DNA of 64,000 nucleotides from Amphiscolops sp. MND2022 (taxonomy: Eukaryota), in the NCBI GenBank assembly GCA_964187785.1, contig OZ076409.1, forward strand, positions 16,742,001-16,806,000, in the 5' to 3' direction. Positions 1 through 13,836 of this stretch are shown here, piece by piece (the stretch's first letter is position 1; every line of letters starts with the position of its first letter). Below the pieces are notes generated by a model that worked only from the letters and a program-made list of their open reading frames with translations, was not told the origin of the DNA and ran no database searches. A program made the translations under genes and the position numbers.

Positions 1-3000
1 ATCTTATGAACGCTTACACACGAAAACCTCTTGATGAAGAAACTAATAGACTTAAAAGCTTCTACTGTGGTAATAAACCATTTGCGTTTGTTTTAGGCGT
101 TCATCGTCTCAACCGCTGACCCTATTTTGTTCATAAAACAAATAACTACTTTCCTGGAAACTCTAACAGAACAAGGTTCTGCTCTTGTTTACATTGGCAA
201 CATCCTCCCTTCCCTTGTCACAATCAATATTCGAACTCATTGAACAACTGCATATCACATGTAAGAAAATAGTTTGGAAGTCGCTCCAGAAAAACGAAAA
301 ACCCATAACATTCCAAACCTGCTGTTATTCGTAAACTTCTTTCTTTCGCCGGAAAAGTTATCCTTTGAGTTTTATCGAAGCACTCAACTTTTACACGACG
401 TTCATTGAAAAAATTAATCCTGAAGAATTCTACGATCGATTACTCAAAAACACCCCCTTATACATGGGCTTTTGAACAAAAACTGTTGTTTCAACAAAGA
501 AAAAATGCTTTAACTCTGATACAGAACTTGCAATACCAAATATAAAACATCCATTCGCCTTTACAGTTGATGTTTCCTGAATTGGATTAGGAGCTGTCCT
601 TATCAATTGAATGAAGATTGAACAAATGAATGAAGAAGAACAAAATGAAAGTAATGTCTCACAGCTCTCTTATTTTGAAGCGTCAGGAACAGAAACTCTC
701 AACACTAGAACATGAACTCCTTTGTTTTGCACATGCTTGTCAAAAATGTTTAGTTCTTGGATCTCCACATCCAAATCATAGTTTTACCGATCATGAACGT
801 TTTTTACACTGTTTTACAAAAAAAGGTTACCTCATCCCACGTTTTTAGAGCTCAAATGCAACTCACAAATTACTTGAAACTTAAAGTTGTCCACACACTG
901 GGAAAAACCCTTTTGTAACAGGTAGCACAGGATATTGTTCACCAAAAAAGAACCCGAAATCAATCATATGAAATAGACAACTACGGCCACAAACAGATTT
1001 TGCTTTTTATAAAAAATCACATTTTGAAATTCGTCTTTTATCTGATCAAACACAAAGATCAACATCACCCCAGCCTGACTCTCATCCTATTCTTGCTGCG
1101 TATGGCACAGATCCTTTTGCAAAACGTTTAAATGACACAGGCATTGATATTATTGTCAAACTTTGAGACTCATTTACCTTCGGAGCTGTTACTCTTTCCC
1201 GAACCAAGTTTGAAAACCCTATTTGAAAACACGACCAATTATTACACCAACATTCCCTGCTCCTTAATGACAGTGATTCTACAAGTGACGCTGAAGATTT
1301 TATATAAAATCGAATTCCATGCAATATTACATCTCAAAACCTAAATCAAACAAATTTTGCAACCTTCGGCACTAATGCAAATCCGAAAACATCAACACCG
1401 TCTAGCTTTGTTATGAACAAAACAAACCTATCAAACTCTCTACTGACTTTTCACAACTCATACTCGTCAATGTCCCTTCCTTCTTCGAATACAAAAACAC
1501 TTTTCAAGGTTTCTTCTTACCTGAGGATTGTTCATTGGACTTAAGAACTACCAAACAACAAAAAAGATCCCATCCTCAAAATTCTATATCACTGGCATAC
1601 TAACGTGCCAAACCCGAGTTTCTTACACCTCTAAACATTGGTAACATTATTTTACTCTTATAACAAAGTATTCTCGCAGCTTGCTATCGACGACGCCAGA
1701 AATCTTTTTAGTCTAAATACAAAAAAAATTCTCTTGAAACTAATCCTGAAACCATTCCTATGTCTAATGGAAGTAACATTAAAATGAGTTTTCCATTACG
1801 CATCTTCGAAACTGCAATCAATAAGTTTCATGATCATTAACAAACCAGTTTTAAAAAACATACAATACATTCTCTCACTTTTATTACATTCCATTTTTTG
1901 TTCGCAAATGACTGTCTTGTAGGTAAGCGCAACAAACACTCAATTTGAAAATCCACATTGCTCCCCCTCAATCGTTTTCAGAAAACGCTTCTTCTTTCAA
2001 CTATCGTATCTCTATGGATACGAAGGGTACTATTACCCCATCTTCAGAAAACAAGTCTTACATACACGTCATCACGTCATTGTTGACACTTCAGTCGTTT
2101 CGTTGTAACAGTCTCTTTTCAAATGAAGAACGTCGAAACTGTTTAAAAAACTTTAAACACCATTGGAATGTTCAATTTGGTCCTCATGTATATCTTGTCA
2201 TTGATCGTGTATCGTATCAGAATACATAAATGTTGATATGGCACAACTTTGCACACTTCTGGGTAATAGACATTCGCCTAGAGCACCTGACCCCCCTTGG
2301 ACTAACGGGCTCATCGAAGTTCAACATTGAAATCTTAGTACACATCTTCGAATGTTTTAACAAAACACCCCCTAAAGCATTGTGCACACCAAGTTCACAT
2401 GTATGCTTATGCACACAATTCGCAAACTCTCTCTGCATTCAATGTTTCTCCTCAAATCAATCAAAACCTAGAATTCCACTAACATTCTACAGAAACTTAA
2501 ACCGTATTACCAACAATACTTGTATTTCCAAGTAACGCTCTGAACTACCAGAGCACTATCGTTATGAGGAAACAGTTGTTTTCCCATTCTTCTACCGAAC
2601 ACTCTCTGCACCCCTTCCGCAAAAGTTTTTCCTCGGAGAAACTGCTTTGTAACAATTTTTTTCTGTAGGACAAGATTACACTAATAAAATATCAACTCAC
2701 AAAAGCATATTACTAAAACATACCATGAAAGAAACCATGTACTTCCACTTAGTACTTATGTTCTAAAACCCATGTACCTTTTCGAGCAACCCCAAACCCC
2801 TTCCGATTGGTTCAGAAGACTTGATGGCCTCTCTGATGTTACTAAAGAGCTTCTTTCACAAGTCGGTACTACGTTTCATACACAAAAATTATTTATTACC
2901 CTAATATTAAACAGAACCTCTCTTGTATCCTCGAATTTGAATCTTTATTCGTTTCTCAGACTCCATCAATATTGTCATTCCAAATCCCAAAACGTAAGCT

Positions 3001-6000
3001 AATAGTGATTCATTCTTTTCTAATTCTGATGTTTCCTCATCCGACGATGAATCCTTTTCTCAATTATCTAACAGTTCACTAACCCCAATACAACAAATCA
3101 ATGTACTCGTGACACAACTTTAAATGACAACTCACATTTCAGAACGATTGTAACAACCCATACAACTAATTTTCTTCAAATCGTACTCGTCCCTTATCTG
3201 ATAGCCGTTCATCTCCTACACAAACCCAATTTCAAACTAATACTTCAAACTATAGACATTTGAAAACTGAATACAGTTCGGGACAAAAACCAAGAAACAA
3301 AATCGTGATCTTTTTCAAGTATCTAAAGAATTTGACCTTTGATCATTTAAACCACTATCATAGTCGAAAACAATCAAACCTGACATTGAATGAATGTAAA
3401 AGGTGCTAGCTTATCATCGAAAAAATTTTTGACTCTGGATCAGACATCCTGGATTCTTCTTCATCTCCTTTTGCTCCAAGCTTGCTTGTTCGAACTTCTC
3501 AAAATGTCATGCCCACACATTCTAAACACAGTTTCACTCGAAAGAAGACATTCACTTATTTTAGACATATTTCAAAAAACACCGCAACTACTTCTTCTAG
3601 AACTCTTTTTCCACCTGTTTCTGAATCATCTACTACTGATAGGCAATTCATACTCTTCTGGTCCATATTTCCCACCCACCCAGATTCAGTTGCTAGATTC
3701 ATAAAATACAAACCACAAAATGGGTACTACCAAAACACCTAGGTTTTAAATTACATTAGATATAGTACATGTTCCCGACACAGAATATTATTCTCTACCT
3801 TCTTGACATGGGGTCGTTTACTACTTCACAAATAAATCCTCCTCAAATCCAGTCAAGTCAAAAACCTTCTACTGCCTTATCTACTTTATTAGACAATTCA
3901 TCACAAGAAAAAAAACCATTGCATGAGTAAAGTAGTACACATTTAGTTCCTCACCAAAGAAATACATCGACACTTAACATTTCTGTTCTTTCCAATACTT
4001 CAGCTTACAGTCTTTCAGGACAGTGAGCTAAATCACTTCATTCTGAGACACGTCCTTATGAACTATTTCCACGTTCCCATTCTATATCAGATATAGATAC
4101 TGCTTCAATAAATTCTTCTGACGTGTAGGTCGCATACCTTTCTGGCAGGTTTTTCTCCTAAGCTCTCGGAAGTTCTAGTACCTAACCTAGTTGCACCCAC
4201 TGTAGGACTTGCTGAATATTGTCCCAAAGATCATTCGAGACCTCCTACTCATCTTTTCGCAGACTATCCATTACGTTCAAAAAGATATTGTCTTCCGAGA
4301 GAAATTGAAACAATCCTTCCACTGTATACAGCTTTAACACAATGTACACTGATACCATTGCTTACATGCCTGCTGACAAACAGTGGACTTATGATCGAAA
4401 AAAGAGTCCTCTTCAAAACTGTCCAGCTCTTCACGAAACCGAAATATTCTTACTTTTAGTTTCCCAGGTCGAACTAATCTATCATTATACATCAAATGTG
4501 TTGATTATAGATGAAATTGCATCACCATGTTACAGTGCAGATGGCTTCTGTAAATCTACAACTAAACCCTTTACACTTGTTTGGTTTGTTGTTGATTTTT
4601 GTTTATTGTGCATTCTACAAGAATTTGTTGGCCGTTTGACAAAAATAGAAGACCGTCAATGGATTGAAACAGAGATTTTATACACTCTTCAGTACTAAAC
4701 AAATCTGAATCCCATTCCAAAGAAAAGGCACACCTTATCCCTATATACACGCTCCGCATACACAAAACCCACAAAATCCTTGTCTTCTACGAATTGAATT
4801 TTTTCCTCATGCTCAAACATTTTGTTGTGAACCTGAACATATTCACTTTACACAATATTCCGATCTCATTGTCACATACAAAATAGGTTTTATTATGAAT
4901 ACAGGACATCCGAATCTTCAATTTGTTATCCATAAATATAACTCAGGAAAGTTAGTATTAGACAACTCTAGTGAACATTAACTTTTCCCTGCTCTCATTC
5001 TTCCAAATACTTTCAGTAACAATGACTAAGATGCACACATTGATACCAAAATGGAAAATACCATCATTCATGTTTTTTGTTCAATTGCAACTCAAGAACT
5101 CAATACTCTTCATTTTCACGTGAAATTGAACAAAAACATTTTCTTGCAAATCTCCAAACGTCAGAACAAAACCCGCATTATGCAAGATTCCCTTTCACAA
5201 GAAACCGAAGTTCCGAAGTTTAAAAAAACCGATTTCTTTCATGTCGAAGCCTTGACAGCTTGGCTACACAACGGTTCACAAGTCCCTTTGCCATTATACA
5301 AAGCCGATTGTTGTTCTGATTGCATACTTTTACATTAGATAGATATTTGTATGTATGTACTATGTATGACTATGATATTTTGTATGTATGACTATGCTAC
5401 TTCTATACGCAGTGATGATAATACTCTTACTGTTTTAGAACATGATCCAAACTCAGGCTATCATTACTCTTGCAATTTCCGAACGGAACTTGAAAACAAT
5501 AACCTCCTCGTATGTTTACTCCTTCTCGATTTGAACCTAAAATACGTCACAATAGAGGGACAGCCCAAGATGCTGGTTCAAATGCAGAACTTGACTCGTT
5601 TTGGAACATTCCGACACAGATACAACACTTCACTTACTTCGAAAAACTCTTAGTTATACCTTCATTTTTACTAATACACCTGACAATGATGCAAATTCTC
5701 CTGAAGATAAACCATGTAGTACACTTCGTATTGAACTACATGATAGACGTTTTAGGTTAATTCCACTTTTCACGTCATCATGGTTTTCTGATGCTTTTAA
5801 TTCACTCCTTGGACTTTGGACACTCATTTTACAATTTGACACAACGTGGAATTTATTCTTCTACCCTTCTTTTTGTACAAGCAATATATTATTAACTGGT
5901 TTAATTGAAACACATAAAACCACTTCTTTCAAACATAATCTTCTACAAAATATTACAATTTTCTGTTCTATGCATATGGTTCTTTAATAATCAGCTGAAA

Positions 6001-8300
6001 TAGTCAGGGACCTGAATCATGCTCGTACTACAAAACATCCCTTACCTCCAACCAAAAGTTCACTTCAAATACCCTGGTCAACCATAACTATCAGATGAAT
6101 GTTCTAATCTTTCTGACGATCCATTGGATATCCGAAACTACTCCCTTAATCGAGAAACTAAATTTTATAATACAACTGGCATCACTTCACCACAACCGTT
6201 TTAAACACAATTACCTGTCAAACGATTGCCAAAGAGCTCAGGCTTCAAACTTTTTCCAAAACGTAGATTCCACCCTACAATATACAGATGATTCTGACAA
6301 GTCAAAGACAATACCATCACATTAAACATCACTTTTCCATCATTTTCTCAATTTCCAATCCAAACCCTGACAATTATCTTTCAAAACCTACACTTGAAAA
6401 CGATGAAACTGACAGTCCTGTCAAAATATATCGTAAAACAAATTACTCCTTTCAACCGCCTTCGTTTTAGAACAGGTCATGTCACCTTTTCTCTCACTTG
6501 CAGCACTCAATTTCTCGCCCACTTTAACCAACAACCGAAATTCGTGTTTTCGCATCTCCTGCTAGTACTTCAGATAAAACAACGCTTTAGTTTCTTTCGA
6601 TACACCATGACTCTGGCTCCAAACGTGATCTCCAAACTCAAATAGTTTCACGAATTATTTGCAAAATCACTGATCTCTAAACAACACCAGTATTTGACGA
6701 CACTCCAATTCTCTTTCTCGAACCTAAAACCCTTACAAATGTTTCTACTCATGTCGAACAAATAGAATCTACAAATCTACACTCTCGCATAACTGGAAAC
6801 CTTTGTAATTATGACCCAAACAAATAAGATTACAGTCCACTACCGCACAACAATATATCTAGACAACTCATTGTTCAAAAAGAATTTCTCATACTTTTTG
6901 ACAACGTCTTGCTTCCATGCAACCATCACTGTCATCTTACTGTTTTTGAACACCTCGTTTCTACTCCTCTTGACGGAAAAGATACCTCATATTACACAAC
7001 TTTGTCCAAACAAGGCCATTCATACAACGAAATATTTTCCTTTTTGCCTGAATTATATCCTATATGGTCAAATCAGACAAAATAATACGGAATCATGCTC
7101 ATCACAATTCACACCAGCAACATTCTGACACACACCATCGTGTTCATTCTCCTTAAAAACCACTAAAAAGTTTACCAACGTTTTCCTTTCACCAACTCAC
7201 TCTCCGTGACATCAAACTCAAACTTAAACCTTTAAAAAAGTCATTTGATTCTCCTCTCGCAACTCTCACTTAGATCATAGACTGATACGATTGCACAAAC
7301 GAAATACTAAAATCTCTAGCACTCGACTCTCAACGTACTACACAACATTGCAAAGCAAAACGAGTAGCATTAGGAAACATGAACATACTTTTTCACTCTT
7401 CAAATTTTCTTTGAATTCAAAAGGTAAAACAAATGATACTTATGTTTCTTTCTGATACACTTCAAAACTCCTTCTCAACCAATACTCAATTGAAAGGTAA
7501 CACCATATTTCATTTCAATTTCGGTACACTCTCTTTCCTTTTTGAATAGGTATTTTTTTTCTTATGTCATTTCGACTTTTTCCACTTCTTCTGAGAACTT
7601 GTCTAAAATTGTCACTTTTTCTATACTTCTCTGTTTTTCTACAGCACTCTTCTCAACTACTATTAAGTTTTTCTTTCACAAAAAAAACTTCATACCAAAT
7701 AGCACAAAAAAAACAAAAAAACAAACCAAACAGGCTCTTTCTTTCGATATGATTTAGACACTACTATTCTTCCCTCTCGTTCGACTCATTTTTCGTGGGG
7801 TCCACAATCACAAACTCAACTCCATTTTCCCTGCACAGGCTTTTACAGACATGAACCATTTTTCCTCCTGTCTCATTGCCATTCATGTTTCCAAAATGAA
7901 TTCGAAAAACAAAATGAATGCAACACAGACTGTACTTCTTTCAAAAAACGACCGAATACATTGAAAGCCGCTGTTTTCAAAAATTTAGCCCCCAAATTAG
8001 CCAAGAAATTTAATACTGAATTCGTGCAACTTTCAACTACCAGACCTTTTTTTACGCTCTCATACAACTTCAAAACTTCTACAAAATGAATTGCTTACCA
8101 ACATTACTTCCGTCTTCGTCAAAACGGAACTCAAATTGCCATGTGTGAAAATGTTGGCATTACAGTGTTTGTTCTAGAAGACACTTCGTTTGCAAAGAAA
8201 GACCATTCTTTCACTACAACACTCCAAGAAGCCAAGCATGCGTCGAATGCCGTCCTCGAGGACTTTGGCAATTCTAAACGTCTGAAAAAGTATGATATCA
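1..8300 (+). mobile_element. Degenerate Ty3/Gypsy LTR retrotransposon (pol 3' part, env-like ORF and long 3' region); 5' end lies outside the window
   Basis: Frameshifted motifs in Gypsy order. RT: AYTRKPLDEET...LVYIGNIL (decayed YIDD, ~10-205). RNase H: PFAFTVDVS*IGLGAVL, EQKLSTLEHELL, FTDH (550-800). Integrase: RISMDTKGTITPSS, FGPHVYLVIDR, PWTNGLIEVQ (2000-2330). Right boundary is approximate. Confidence 0.85.
4130..5990 (+). pseudogene. Disrupted env-like glycoprotein ORF downstream of integrase (class III fusogen-like)
   Basis: Cys-patterned fragments in several frames: LIIDEIASPCYSADGFCKSTTKPFTLVWFVVDFC, IEFFPHAQTFCCEPEHIHFTQYSDLIV, D*DAHIDTKMENTIIHVFCSIATQELNTLHF/REIEQKHFL..EQNPHYA, FHVEALTAWLHNGSQVPLPLYKADCCSDCI. 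A hydrophobic C-terminal segment follows (WFSDAFNSLLG...GIYSSTLLFVQ). Start is approximate. Confidence 0.6.
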
Positions 8301-8369
8301 CAAAACCCCCGTCCCAACCTAAAGCAAAACATCACTTTATGACAACTAACTAGATTTTGTAGCATCCTC

Positions 8370-8560
8370 TTTGCAACTTCTTCCTTCTCAGCAGGATTCT
8401 TTTAGCTTTTCTCAACAGACTTTTACAACAGCTTCTTCTCTGCAGACTTCTTAACGCATCTTCTCCGCAAACTTCTGCAGCTTGTCAAAAACTTTTTGCA
8501 GCTTCTTTTTTGAACACTTCTTGCAGCTTCTTCTCAGCAGACTTCTTGCAGCTCCTTGGC
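8370..8560. repeat. Degenerate short tandem repeat (unit about ttgcagcttcttctcagcagacttc)
   Basis: Recurrent gcagcttcttct / gcagacttct blocks across about 190 bp. Confidence 0.7.
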
Positions 8561-8569
8561 AGTCCCCGT

Positions 8570-8772
8570 TGATGACTTGTTCCAAGTCAGAGAATTCGTT
8601 AAGATGGAAGGTTATTGTAAGCGCGTTCTTTTGTTACTAAATGTAACATACAGATTGAGTACAATTTAAAGTGGCAGAAACTTCAGACGTACTATGGAAT
8701 AACTAACTATAAATTGACACAACCGAAATAGTCTAAGTCTAGACCGAGCTTGTCCTCAAGATATACTTCACA
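8570..8772 (-). repeat. 3' LTR of the 8.6-13.8 kb Gypsy element
   Basis: Aligns by eye to 13630-13836 (acttgttccaagt...ttcttttgttactaaat...cttcagac...tataaat...aagtctaga...cttgtcctc...tatacttca). On the minus strand it is preceded by a purine tract (gcggagtgga) and starts with TG. Confidence 0.7.
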
Positions 8773-11700
8773 TCCACTCCGCGATTGGACAAAAGTTGGC
8801 CATCGGGGGGAGTCGGATCTTCTTTATGGCGGTTTTCCGTCCATAGTTCTTCTTTTGTAATTTTTCCTGAACGCTCCCGTCGTGATGGTGACTGCTTCGT
8901 ACCTCGGGGTTTTGGTTTATTCCCAGTAGTTTTCCAGGTTTGTTGCTGACTTGTTTGTTCGATCATTCAGCTTTTTGATGATATTCCCTGTAATCAGACA
9001 GTACCGGGTTGTTCAGTCTAACTATAGGGTTTGTTTTCGTTGAGCGTTTTGATCTACGACGATTAGTTTCTTTGGCGTCCTGTTCTATTTCTGTGCTTGA
9101 GCTTAGGTTCCTGAGTAGTTCTTGTTCGGATGTTTCTAAGTTATTCGTTTGACGCCCATACATGCCGCCCATGTCATTACCGGTACTTCTAGTACCGATG
9201 AGTCTTGGTCGGTGTCCGACCGAGTCTCTCCCTCCTCCAATGGAGTGTACTCTTGGTGCGTTTGCGGCGTTGACGGTCGCAGTTCCTCATGCGCTGGCTG
9301 TGCCGCTCTGGGCGGTCAACTGTCCATTGTTCTTGTCTTCTCAACTATTCGGTTTGTTTTTTTGTTTTTAGCGTTTTGATCTACAGTTTGTTGTTTTCTT
9401 TGGTCTCCTGTTCTACTTATGTGCTCGAGCTGAGGCTAGTGAGTAGTTCTATTTCGGAGGTTTCGAAATTATTGTCTAAGTCTTCTTTCTTTTTGTAGAA
9501 AAGATAAATTTCCCTACCGTTTGTAGCTTCGATGTGTAGCTCAGTGTTTGCATTTTTGGCGTCCTCGATGATAGGGTCTATCTCCGTATCTGTCATGTGT
9601 TGGGCCGTTATGATGAGTAGGCCGATACTGTCTTGGTTTTGGTTCGATTGTATGGGGGAGCCTCTCGGTGAACCAAAGCTTTGTCTGTTCTGGATTAGCT
9701 TCGGCCGCCCGCTTCCAAACACCTCAGTCATTTTATGTGGCTGGCCCGGTGATGTTGGTGTTTTCTCAGTTGTTGTTATGATGTCCAGTTGTTGTGTGGA
9801 TGTTTGGTACCCAGAGTTGCTCGGTAAACTAGAGTCGCTTGGTAAACGGGCTGTCTGGTCCACGGAGCCCGGTCCCCCTGTTGTTCGGCACCTCTACAAA
9901 TTTAGAAACGGGTTTAATTTTTTTTTCTGGGTCCTTAATTTTAGATGTTGTCTCTAATTTTGGATGTTGTAATTCTGTGTTCATTGCCCGATATTGTTAT
10001 CTGTGGTTTATCGGAATATACACTATCAAACTTAGGTTACTAACTCCAATTGCCTGTTTCTGCTGTTTCAACGGTAGCCGATCAGAGGCACCGCCAGCTC
10101 CGGTGAATGAGTATACTTTTAAGGTATAGTATTATCCGGTTTTGGTGAAATAGAATTTTTTGTTATTCCTTTCAGTTTATCGATATATAACCTTTTACTG
10201 ATCTCGGCATTTGAATGGCGGCCGTAATGCACTTTAAAAGGCTTTACATGGACTACACCTACCTTGATGTTCGTCAGTAAAATTTCGTTCAGTCTTCGAT
10301 CGACCAATCCTGTGAGAGTATGTTTATACGGCGACCCCTTTATGAGCTTAATGTCACTTTTTTCACAAAAGTCCCTGAACTTCCTATTCGTAAATGCGGT
10401 AGCTTTATCCGACCTGATTGTTTTTGGGATGCCGTTTAGGTTCATGTATTGTTCCAAAAAACAAACTTACAAAAACTTACCGCCGGGGATTTACTGTACT
10501 GATCCATGGAAACTAGAATGTAGATTCTACGGCTCTTTTCCGTGTTTGAACCAAAGAAATTCAATCTCTTTTCCTCTTGCGGTTTTTAAGTGCCAATCAA
10601 ACTGTTAGAAAGTGTTTTGTTTCCGTATTATGTATATTAGGTTTAGGACTCTTATATTAGGTTCAGAATTCTTCGTTTTGCTTGGTGACGTATTGGATAC
10701 TGCAATGCGTGGTGATTGGTTGAAATAGTTGCTACGGCAAAAGTATTTAGTCACGACTTTGTAGTGCGGTATGATGTTATTGATCACGTATTCTTCTTCG
10801 TATACGTCATCCCCTTCTGAAAGTGAGGACGGATTTTTGCTCAGGTTGTTCGTTAACGCTAAGTTTTTACCAGCTATATGGCCTACGTTACTTGAAAAGG
10901 AAAAGTGCGCTAACCGGTCAAGCCATCTCGTTAGCCGTGCGCTCGCTGGACGTCTTTTTTCATCGGTAACGTTTAGTTATTGGTTTTAATGTTTCGTGGT
11001 CCGTGAGTAGCTGAATCAGTTTACCGTATATACAAAGAGGGAAGTGTTCCAGTCCTCATACGACTGCTAATAGTCCTAATTCATTCTTTGCTTTTTTCCG
11101 TGTCAGAGAAAAATCGAATGGCAAGTCCGATTGGTTTTATGTTACTATCCGGTTGTTCTTGCCAGTGTGGCGCCCTGACCTCTCGTGCTCTCGTTTCTTG
11201 TTATTAGGTTCGGGTAGTTTGAATTAAAATATGCCGGACACAAAATATCCGTGATTTTTTGTTTTCAAATTGTCGATTTCTTCGGTATGTTATTCTGTCA
11301 AATTCCAGAGATTATCTTCTCCCAATAATTGTCTCAAGATGTCTGTTTGGGCTGAAAGCTTCTCAAAGGATTTGGACAGCTATTGAATTGCGCCTAGGAA
11401 CGACTTTAATTCCTTTTCGTTTTCCAGTCTTTCCTGTGCTCGTTTAGCCAGCAGTTTATCTTGCAACGGTCCGATTCCGTTCTCATCTGTTTTATGTCAG
11501 ATCCATTCAATTTTTGTCTGGAATATTTCAAATTTTATCTCGCTCAGTCTAGTCCGGCGTTTTCCGGTTTTGTCAATACGTCTATCAGTTCGTCCATCTG
11601 GTTTTGTTTTGAAGCTTTTGTAACCGCTATAATATCGTCTAACACGGCTAGGTATTAATTTTCCAGCGTCTGATCAAATATCTGATTCTTGAAATATCGT

Positions 11701-13629
11701 CATTATGTCGACTAGTCCGTAAAATCTGTATAAAAACTGATAGTACTCGTTGAAATTTCCTCCAGTTCCCGCGAAAATACACAGGTCCATGCTCTTTTTG
11801 AGAGCTATTGTCCGAACGCATAATCTAGGTCAATATATGGTATTCAGATTTCATCTGCCCATCCGTCCGCTATTTTCCTGGTTTTATTTCCGTGATTTCG
11901 ACTCTTCTATAATGGGCATTTGTGACTTTTTTAAACTGTTGTTCAATTCAGTTTTCGTTAATCCAAGGCAATTTTCATTGATTTGTCCTTTTTTTAAGTA
12001 CTCACTGTAGGGCTCACGAAACAATTTTCGTCTATGTTTTTTGCTTTTTTGATTTGACCTTGTTTCTTCAGTTTTCGATTTCTTTTTTGACCGCGAGTTA
12101 AAGGTGAGTTGGTATCAGTCTACTTTTTTGTTGGATCCATTTCGCCCCTTCCTTCACTTGTATCTGTACTTGTTTTGTACTGTTTGGTGTTCCGTAAACA
12201 ATTCGATGAACTAACGTTTGAGTGTTGTTTTGTTTGTTTTATCGTGTTCCCCGGCTTATTTATGTAGTTGGTGTTTGTGGTGATTTTAAACGATTCGAGT
12301 GTTATTCCCATTTTTCCTATCCAGCCGAGTCCAAGTAATGGTTGTGTGGTTTTAGTTGTTATCAGTACCTCCAGTTATTGTTTTCTACCGACTAGTTCAA
12401 CGTTTGCTGTCGTTTTCCCCTCGAATTTTATTATGTTGCTGTTCACATCCCGGTAGTCTATCGTTACGGGATTTTATTGTCATTTTTGAATTCCGACTTT
12501 GGATTGTAAGTCACTTGGTGAGTCCGTGTCAATTATGAATTTGATAGGTCTGTTATTGAACACTAGTGTTGCTGTATAGAACGGTGGACCGTTCTTTCCG
12601 TTCACACCGTTGAATGGATTTTCTTTTGTATTGGGTGTATTCTGTCGGGTGTCTGTCCAGTCATCGTCTGCCGCACTGTAAGTTTCTTCCTGCGCTACAT
12701 GGTTTATTCTCCTTGATGAGCGGCAGCATTTGGCGTAATGTCCATATTAACCGCAATTTACGCACTTGTTTTCTCTTGCGAGACATTCGTGTTGTTTGGA
12801 CCAGTTGGGTGCCCATACTGTTGCAGTCTTCTTTTCTGGATTTTATGTTCCGGTTTGTTTGTTCCCTGGTTGATTTCAGGTTTCTCTTCTCGACATGTCG
12901 GATTTTTTATTCCTCTTCCGTTTCAGGTGCGTCGTTTGGTTTCTCATACATGTATTTATGTCGCTTTCGCGAATTTTTTTTCTCGTAGTCACTTGTGGAT
13001 TTGTTTTGACGTTTGGAGTTGTGCAGCAGTGACATTTTCAATATCTTTTTTTTTCATTGACTAATATTCTTTTCCAGACTTCTGTTCCTGATTCTCCACC
13101 TTTCTTTTCTAGGTCGAAAAACTCGGCCTGACTGTGCTGTACGTTTCTTTCCAGCGTGTAGTGTAGTCTGAATAAAGTGTACTACTTGTACGGTGGTAGG
13201 AATCTGGGTTCTCTTTTCCTTACTGTTTTGGTCAACTCCGTGAATGCATTTCGACAGATTGACAAAAAAAATGTGTCTTTGATTTCAGTCTCTAGTTGGT
13301 CACGGTATTGTAATATAATTTCTTCAAGTTTACCATCGTTGAGATGTCCATTTCTTTCGTCATCTTTATGTACTGAACGAACTTACGCCACCACAAGTTA
13401 CCACTGGAGATGCCGTTTTTCTCCAGTCTTGGTATGGTGACCTTATGGATACAAGTACGTTCTCACATTCTCGATCTTGTATCATTGAACGGTAAATGCC
13501 TGCTCCGAGCGTGTTCCGTCGTTTGGTGAGATTGGTCATCGGTGAGATGTTGTTTGTGTCGTCCATTCCTGGAAGAGTTTGGATAATCGTTCCGGTAGGT
13601 TCTAACTAGGGGTTAATCTGACTGCGCTA

Positions 13630-13836
13630 TGCTTTATACTTGTTCCAAGTAAAAAAACCGTTAACATAAAACGGTACTGAAAGCGCTTTCTTTTGTTACT
13701 AAATTAAACTTACATAATGGGGCTTACATAACAATAAAACGTGGCTACTACTTCAGACCTACTCTAGATTCATTATCTATAAATAGACAAAACAAACATA
13801 GTCGAAGTCTAGAACTTGTCCTCTAGGTATACTTCA
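13630..13836 (-). repeat. 5' LTR of the 8.6-13.8 kb Gypsy element, followed by a decayed tRNA-Ser-type PBS
   Basis: Minus strand reads TGAAGTATA...AAAGCA, immediately followed by TAGCGCAGTCAG (13629-13618), close to the TGGCGCAGTCGG-type primer binding site. Confidence 0.65.

Larger units (their letters stand above)
8570..13836 (-). mobile_element. Degenerate, internally deleted Ty3/Gypsy element with two diverged LTRs
   Basis: Minus-strand motifs: Zn knuckle (CVNCG*YGHYAKCC, ~12725-12770); protease FIIDTDSP (~12530); RT DLDYAFGQ, FYGLVDIMTIFQE and LDDIIAV (11620-11835); integrase NGIPKTIRSDKATAFT..SPYKHTLTGLVDR (ORF 10119-10457). Bounded by ~200-bp direct repeats. Confidence 0.85.

Noticed and set aside
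8290..8316. Minus-strand PPT + TG suggesting another LTR start
   Set aside because: No partner LTR or linked minus-strand coding remnant was found.
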